Assembly (NCBI GenBank): GCA_002811645.1 | Contig: PDIP01000083.1 | Span: 196,366 to 260,365, forward strand | Origin: Corallochytrium limacisporum Hawaii | Taxonomy: Eukaryota; Protista; Pluriformea | Length of the DNA stretch: 64,000 nucleotides | Reading direction: 5' to 3' | Shown here: positions 43,683 through 51,800 of the stretch, in pieces | Layout: every line of letters begins with the position of its first letter | How positions within the stretch are numbered: position 1 is the stretch's first letter | Program-made: the position numbers and the translations under genes | The notes under the pieces: generated by a model | What the model saw: the letters and a program-made list of their open reading frames with translations, nothing else | Told to the model about the DNA's origin: nothing | Databases searched by the model: none

Positions 43683-44303
43683 ATGCCTAAGAAGAGCATA
43701 TTGTACACCCGTGGTGGTGATTCGGGCACGTCCAGCCTCTACAACGGCGATAGAGTTCAAAAGAATCATCCCGTGTTCGCTGCTCTTGGTGATATTGATG
43801 AACTGAACTCAGTGATCGGACTTGCCGCAGAATATGATCGACATGAAGAGGTAGGTTTCATGGACATGCTCCGGATCATCCAAGGCAATCTGATATTGGT
43901 TGGCTCCAATGTTGGCACTCCCAGAAACGATGAGAACGGGGATAAAGTGAACATGACTAAATTCGATGTCGATGGAAGCAAACTGAAGGAACTTGAGGGA
44001 TGGATTGATGAGTTGGATGCGCAGTTAGAGCCCCTCACCAACTTCATCTTGCCGGGCGGAGGATTGACAGCAGCGCATCTACATCAGTGCAGATCCGTTG
44101 CTCGACGCGCTGAACGAAGTGTGCAACCACTGTTGACAGATTTCTGCGATTCTGAAGTATACAAATACATGAATCGCTTGAGTGACTTCTTTTTTGTGGC
44201 TGCCAGAGCAGCTTGCTGCAAGACTGGCAACCAAGAGGTGTACATTAGGAAGACAAGCGAAGGCGTGAGAGTGCCCGCAATCAGAGGGGCACCTGGGTCC
44301 TAG
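43683..44303 (+). CDS. MMAB: ATP:cob(I)alamin adenosyltransferase, PduO/MMAB type
   Basis: LYTRGGDSGTSSL, ALGDIDELNSVIG, LTNFILPGG, LHQCRSVARRAER, YMNRLSDFFFVAAR. Confidence 0.96.
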   Translation: MPKKSILYTRGGDSGTSSLYNGDRVQKNHPVFAALGDIDELNSVIGLAAEYDRHEEVGFMDMLRIIQGNLILVGSNVGTPRNDENGDKVNMTKFDVDGSKLKELEGWIDELDAQLEPLTNFILPGGGLTAAHLHQCRSVARRAERSVQPLLTDFCDSEVYKYMNRLSDFFFVAARAACCKTGNQEVYIRKTSEGVRVPAIRGAPGS

Positions 44304-44737
44304 TTCATTTTCTCCAATCCAATGTAGTGAACCTTCGTCGTCGTCATCACCACTATCGTTACCTTCGTAATCATCAACTGGACACCGATGATCCTCTGAC
44401 CCTGTGGACCCCGCGTCCCCTCAACCCGAATGGTAGTTTGGAGCAGCCAGTGAGTCTCCCCCCTCCCTCCCGGACGGAGCGGTAGAGGGACCCGGTTTGC
44501 AGGCTCTTGGCGCCTCTCCCGGTAGTCAAATTTGGAAGGTGTGCCCGGAGAAATTCACCGCCTCCAGTGTTTGGGTGTCTCTGTTGGACGTCCTCACCCA
44601 GCGAGCAATGTAGACAAAACAAGTATTTCTAGAAAGTCGATCAGGCAATATGTCTACCTGCTTGTGTATGAATGTAATACATGGTGAATTAGATACCTAG
44701 TTACGGACAGTATGTAGCGGATGTGTATATAGTAATC

Positions 44738-45799
44738 ATGTCAGCGGGACTCAACAGATTGATGCCTCGTAGTTGGGCTTCTGTTCAGGCAGGTTCCACC
44801 CGTAGGTTCTATTCAAACGCCCGGAGTAACTTTGTAAACAAGCGGGTCAGCTTAATATACGAATGGAACGATCAAGTTAATGTGCGGGGAGAAAGCAATG
44901 GCCAAAATCTCCAGGAAGAGGAGGCATTAGCAGGGCCCTTTGAGTTCATTGCCTTTCCGGCGCTATCAACGATATCGACTCATACAGAGATGAGGCCTCT
45001 TACATCACTCCTAGCCTCAAAACTTCCCGGACTTCGGTTCCTCACCATTGATTGGCCAGCTTTCGGAAGCAGTGAATTCAAAATGCCAGATCGGACGGCA
45101 ACGAAGGACTACTTTACGCCGGCCACGTACAGTGACTTTATGGCTGACATCCTCAGTGACTCTTCCGTGGCAACTGATCAAGTGAACCTAATCCTGGGCG
45201 GGCACTCTTGGACGTTTTTTGCTAAGGCACTAATGAATGACCCAGAATTGCACAATAAGGTCAACGAAGTGTATTTGTTGAGCCCAACATACCAAGCACC
45301 ACTGGTTGTTGCAAGTGGCAGTTCTGATAGCATGCTGTCGCGCGTATTCCGTGGCTCGCTGAGGAGCTCAATAATGGGACCTTTGCTTTGGAAAATGTTT
45401 ACATCAAAGAAATTTCTGCGTAAAAATATGAATGCTCATGTGTACACAAAGCAAGAGACTACAGAACGGGTACTTCAAGAGAAGGAAGCTACGACAGAGC
45501 ACACTCGACTCGTCGTGGGGTCCTATGTTAGCGGGGAATTGGACGCTATAAAGACGCCAGAAGATCTGCATAATCTCCAGCACGTTTTGGTTGATCTGGA
45601 TCCGAAACCACGTATTCTTTATGGCGAGGCAACACCGCATAAGAGCATGGCAAAAATCCAGCGTCTGGCCCAACGGATTAGCAATAAGAGCATTACTAAG
45701 GAGTGTCCGGGAGCCCTACTATTCTACGAAGAGTTCCCAGATGCAGTAGCTTCCTGGATTGCAGATGACTACAACACGTATTGCACCGCTGGTCAGTGA
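44738..45799 (+). CDS. Alpha/beta hydrolase-fold protein, cyanobacterial/plant-type family, with presequence-like N-terminus
   Basis: FPALSTISTHTEMRPL, IDWPAFGSS, GGHSW, LLSPTY.APL, YGEATPHKS, PGALLFYEEFPDAVA. Confidence 0.8.
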   Translation: MSAGLNRLMPRSWASVQAGSTRRFYSNARSNFVNKRVSLIYEWNDQVNVRGESNGQNLQEEEALAGPFEFIAFPALSTISTHTEMRPLTSLLASKLPGLRFLTIDWPAFGSSEFKMPDRTATKDYFTPATYSDFMADILSDSSVATDQVNLILGGHSWTFFAKALMNDPELHNKVNEVYLLSPTYQAPLVVASGSSDSMLSRVFRGSLRSSIMGPLLWKMFTSKKFLRKNMNAHVYTKQETTERVLQEKEATTEHTRLVVGSYVSGELDAIKTPEDLHNLQHVLVDLDPKPRILYGEATPHKSMAKIQRLAQRISNKSITKECPGALLFYEEFPDAVASWIADDYNTYCTAGQ

Positions 45800-45878
45800 T
45801 GATCAGAAATAGCAGAAAATACACGAAGATAAAATAGATAGTTGCGATACCATAGTCAATTCTATTGGTCTACACTCC

Positions 45879-48800
45879 TCAAATCTGTTGCGCCATTGAT
45901 AGCACAAATATGGTGCCCGTAAAGTCACCGACGTAGATAGTGTTCGCATCAGCGGCGAATAGAATCTTTGTGATGCAGCGCGTCCTCTGCGTCTTGCGGC
46001 GCTCAAAGCGTCTCCGCAATTTGAAATGCCAGTCCCATGTCTTACCGTCCTCCTGTTCCGTAAACACAACACTCCAGAGATCCAAACCACCCTCCTGATA
46101 TCCAATTGCAATGACACTCTCCTCATCCCAGGCATGGCCACGACTGAAGGCCACAGTACTAATGTACTCATCCGAGGGCTGTACAGATGCGATGGCATCA
46201 CCATTAACACTGAATAGGTGCACGGAGTGCTGTGTTGCAATCAGTATATCACCATTCTCATCGTTGATAGCCACACTGACAATTTTGGCCTCGGGAATTG
46301 CTGTATGCAGGGTGCGAACAAAGTCTACCCGGCACATGTTCCAAATGATGGCAGTACCCTCGGTGTCACCACTGACGGCAATGCGGAATGTCGAGCTAAT
46401 GGCGATGCAAGTGACCGGTCCACGATGGCCGTATAGTACCTTGCGCATCCTCAACGGGGAGACCTTACTCTCTGTAAGCTTCCATGCACGTACAGTACCA
46501 TCACTGCCTCCTGTCATGACATAGTCAAGCTGGCTTGACGCTGCAGCAGTGACCATGCCGAGATGCATGGATGGTTGAACTGTGAGTACATTGATTGGGT
46601 CGTGAATGTCGACCACGCGCAGTCGTCCATCGGGATGTGTGAAGAGAAGGCACATGCCGTGCCACTGGGGTACCAGGATTTTGCCAAAGCCACACTTCAG
46701 TAGAGACCCAGTTCGCTCGTCAAGTGCGAGATCACCGATAGCCTCATGCATGGGCACACCATCGGTTGTGGTCTCCTGCTTCAGCCGTTCTGGGTTGGTG
46801 CATAGGTCAAACATTTCACCTCTAACTACCCTGCGCTGTGGGTGTTTCTTCTTGAACAGTTGCTTCGGCGTCTGGCCAAAGTTATGAATCATGCCAATGT
46901 ATGCATTGCGTTCTGCAGCACTGTCCATGGAACCCAGGTCGACCGCACCCTCGTAGGACACATGCGGGAACACGTTCAAATTCTCAATGGCTGCCTTACC
47001 TTTTTGCTTGAAGCCGAAAACCAGATCAATCCAACCATCCAATGCGGAGCTCACATAGTCACTCTCGAGGGCCTGTCTGTGTTTCATGAGGAAGAAGCGA
47101 GGACAGCCATGGGCCCAGCGAGGCAACACCACTTTGTCCAAGGGGTCACCATCTGTGCGCGTACCTAGCACGAAACGGTTGTCGTTGCGGAAGAATTCGG
47201 GGAGGTAGTAGAACTCCGGAGTAAGTTCGCGCACGTCCATGGAGTTCTTCAGCGCGGCAGACTCCCATGCTTCACATATGTTGTGGAACATGCGGTCCGG
47301 TTGATCCAACTTCCCACCCTGAATTCGCAGATAATGCTGGGTAAACGGTTCCAAGCGAATAAGATAGCTGGTCACAATCATACTAGAAGAGTAGTGAGTG
47401 CCGTAGTGGAAGGCAGGGGTACCACCTGGATCCTCCCAGGCTTCGTAGCGGTCCGCAAAGGTTTCCGCTCGCGCCTCATCCTGAGCACCCATCGGCTTTG
47501 AGAGATCACGATAGCTTGACTCTTTGTCGAGATCAATTGTCTCCGAATCGCTCATACGCAAGACCCATGGGAAGACAGGATACTGGGTCAGGTCATTAAA
47601 AGATCGCCCAGCTTGGGTATTCAGCAGCATCAAGTACTGGAAGTTGGTCAGTTGGCCATTGGCCCACTGGTTGGCATGGGTCTGGGCCGTGCTCATGAAG
47701 AGATTCCTAAGCAGAGGTGCCTTCATCACTGACAGCTGCGAGGCTGCTGTCTTTCTCAAATACTGGCTGATGTGGGCTTCGATCTTGTCACGGTTGTGTT
47801 TCGGGCACGCAATGAAAGTGGTTTCCCCACCACTGCTGAAAATTTCAATGCCGACATCCTGGTACAGGTATCGCCGGGTGAAGACGCCACTGATGTCCGG
47901 CAAAGGGATAGTAAAGGCATCATGTATAGTACTTGACACGGTTGTGTCAGGAAGGTGTAAGCCAATTATAGGCGCATGTGCCATATTTGGATCGGCCGTG
48001 ATGTCAATGATGGCGTTATTTCGATCCATCATGTATCCGGCAATGAAGTAAAACGCTTTCTTGCCGAGCACAATAATTCCCCGATACGCATCAGGTCCTC
48101 GGATGCGTGCCCCGTTAGATATGCTGACCACAATCTCATTCCTTTCTAGCATCCTCTGAAGGTCACTGGTACCTTCATCAAGGATTTCCTCGGCCAGAAG
48201 CGCTTCACCGTCGGCTGAAGGGATAGATTCTGACATGCTTCGCTGGAGTCTTTGATCTTTCGCCTCCTCGGTGCCGGAAACTGTTTCCTCACCAGAATTC
48301 GTTTCCTCATCACTGGTGCCTTGCTTATCTGCGCCGATGTCGCTATTCTCACTGTGCTCACTATTCTCACCGTTCTCACCGTTCTCACCGTTCTCACCAT
48401 GTTCACCGTTCTCACCATTTTCCTCAGGCTTCTCGACTTGTATCTCCGGAACTGTCGCATCGACGGCAGGTTCCGAAATGGATCGTTCAGCTATGTTTGA
48501 TGTAGACGTAAATCCGGCTGCTGTTCCATCTGCCTTCATAATGTCAGCGAGGTCGTTAATGCTTGAGCGTGGGAGGCCGTCAGAAAGACCCAGCAAATCT
48601 GACTCGGTCAGGCCTTCCTCACCATCCATGGCGCCAAAGGTGTGTTGCTTCTGCCTGGCACGCCAAGTTGCAACGTCCCTGCTTCGAATGCTCTCTGTGT
48701 GTGTGCTGTGAGTCAAACCACTGTCAAGTGCTTGAACGAGTCCTTCATTTTCAGAAGCGCTGGCGCCCAAGTCTTCTACAGCGGGTTCATACGTACGATA

Positions 48801-51800
48801 AAAGTCAGGATTTCGCTCCAACAGACGCCACGTCTGATAGGGGCCTTCAATCGGGCACAGCTTCCATTTCTGCAAGGGATCCTCATCATCCGATCCGAAA
48901 GCCGCTAATTCACGCTCCATCTCGTACTCCTGTTTCCTCCAACGGTCCAGAGCAAGATAGTGGGAGCTGAGCTTTCTAGAAATCCATTGGTCCAACCGGT
49001 TGCTGGACTCACTGATATGGGACTTCATCCCAGCAGTAAACCTCCGCCATGCACCACGTGCATTGAACATTAGATCCGTTAGAGGGCGGCGTGCAGCCTG
49101 ATCAAGGTCTTGTCCCAGTGTGGCGATGGCAGCCTGCCAACTTGCCTCCATATTCGTCTTCATCAGATCAACTAGAGAAGATCCCTGCCGCATGGCTGCC
49201 ACGCAATTTTCTTCGCTGAATGCAGATGTCCCAGTGCCGTGGTCTGCCATGAGAAAATCCAAGACGCCCAACTCATCCAGAGCAGTAGTTTCTGCTACAC
49301 TGACAGCTTTCAGAATGGTTGCCAAAGTAGTCGCTAATGAATCAGACCATTCCTGGCTCACAATCAGACAACCGCGATAGATGATCAGCTGGTAGAATTG
49401 GATAGCATGACTTGAGCATGCGGGATGGAAAAAAGCATGCTCAGACGCGACCATGGTCGCCAAGATCTCACCACAATGGGCGGCACTCAGTTGGTTGGGC
49501 TTCAAGTCTACCAGAATGATGTGCTGCAGTTCATGGTGCAGAGCAAGAATTGTGTCCAAATCTTCAACTGCGTCCTCGTTCATCGGCATTGCGGCAATGA
49601 AATTCGCGATGAAGGTAATGATGGTGGTCCGGTCAATCACAATCGAGCCATTGGCATACATTGATACCAATATCTTGACAATTGCCAAAAGATTGCCATT
49701 GAAGATCTGTGACATGTCAGCCATCAACTTGTGCAGATCGTATTCATTCGGCTCAAAGTGTGCAAAAATGAGCTCAAAGAGACCCCCAATGTATGGCGGC
49801 GATCTACTCTGGCCAAGAAGACGCCTAAATGATATGGTAAAATCTTCGTGGTTGAGAATGTAGTACTCCAGTTCTGCTGTGATCATACCTTTGGCGTGGC
49901 TGAACATGGGATGATGGAACTCAGGCCTACTCTCCACCACTCCTTCCGCCTCGTCGGTAACAGGAAGAAGAATCCTGCACATCGTGGGTAAGCTCCATGC
50001 GTGGTGTTCCATTTCTCCTTCCTTTCGCAAGAGGGTCACCAGGTCAAATGGAATGAGTTCGGTCCATTCATCTATACTATTTTCTTCTTTCCCGAACGCT
50101 TTGGATGCATAGTACTCCCAGAAGATTCCGCCCAGGAACGGGAATAGACTTGACTCCAACCCACGAGCAAGTGATGACTTAGGGCCTCTGTCGTCTGACC
50201 GGATGTGCTTGTCTGTGATCGCCTTGATCCATTGCCTGTTGGTTTCCCGATCATCCACGTCAGGCAAACTAACGGGGGACTCGTGGTATATGAGCGAGAG
50301 GAACGTGGCCAAGTTGGCTTCTCTGTAGTCAGGAGAAGCCAACTTTGCTCCGAAGTAGTCACTCCACTCCTCAAATTCCAAAATCAAGCTCTTCCACTTG
50401 TGTTCATTGACAAAGGCATGGAAAACAGCCAGGCGCATAACCAAGGTAAAGCTCATTGCATCGCTAGCGTACAGAGCGACCACAAAATGATGGCTTAGTG
50501 GCCGTTCACGATAGTATGGTAGGGACCGCCACTGCTTCAAATCCCGCGTGTCCTTCTGAAGAGCCGAGATTTCATCAAGCAAGTGCAGAAGCATTGACCG
50601 ACGGAGTAGTTGCCGTGTCTGTTTCAGGACAGCTTGTCGCTTGGATCGCTTAGTGCTGTCTTCTTTGCTTGCCTCCGTCCCAGACCGAGAAACCATGGTA
50701 CTTGAGTTTGATCGAGCTCGTGGTACATCGACAGATATCAGGATCAAGGGCCATACGTTCCGGAAATATCGATCCATGGTCCTTCCCTGCATGACCTCGC
50801 AAGCGGTTTTGATCACTAGTTGGCAGACCTCCAGATCTTCGATTAAGCCATGATAGAGACCATAGAGATAGTTCTGCTGCAGTCGTAAGCCTTGCATTCG
50901 CTTCTTATTGAACGCACGATTTTCGTTGTCTTCAGATACCAGAGAGCGGACCCACTGGAATGCAAATTTCTGGACCTCCGGAGAGCACTTGCGCCAAAGG
51001 GCCAAGTCACACAGTAGATGTTCGAAGGCAGAGCCATTGGCAATGACTGTACGATTAGGATCAGGCGGTGCACAGCCAACGAGCTCTAAAATAGCCAAAA
51101 CACAGTCCTCATCCACAAGATGGCTACGTTTTTGGATCAGGAGGGCAATGATCTCGTAGGCATTGAAGGATGGCAACAACTTTTCCATTTCATGAGTGTT
51201 AACCGCATGTCGATGAAGAAGCTTGCACAAAGTTTTCATGACCATTGTTAATGACTGAGAAGTTTGTGCAAAGTCGAAGAGTTTGACCGCCAAACTCATT
51301 CCACCCATCAAATGAACAGTGTCCTTTAAACCCAATGGTTGTACGATGCTGACACCGCCATTCAGAGCGACACACGGTGCGGGTGCCTGTAAAACAGATC
51401 CAATGGCTGCCACGGTGAGGTTGCTATCATTAGTCGGCGCAAAATTAAAGAGATAAGCGGGTTCCTCAACGAAAGGTTGAGAAAGATGCAAATATTTCTC
51501 GATGAATTCATGCGAAGAAACAAAAGCAGCGCGGCCAGCATGTACAGAGACTAACGTATGCGGTCGCAACGACGATAGATTCATGTGCTCGACAACAAGG
51601 GATCGGTCCTTTCTGACGTCTTCAGCCTGGAACATTTCGTAGGTCTGAAGGTGGTGCAGCTTACCATCGAGACCACTACCGATTGCAGGTCCAATTAAAC
51701 TAAGTACTCGTGAGTCCGTGGGACTGAGTGACTTGTCGTAGATCGACATCGATGACAGCCGCCATTGGCTTGGGCACCGGACATGTAGGTTTGCTTTGGA

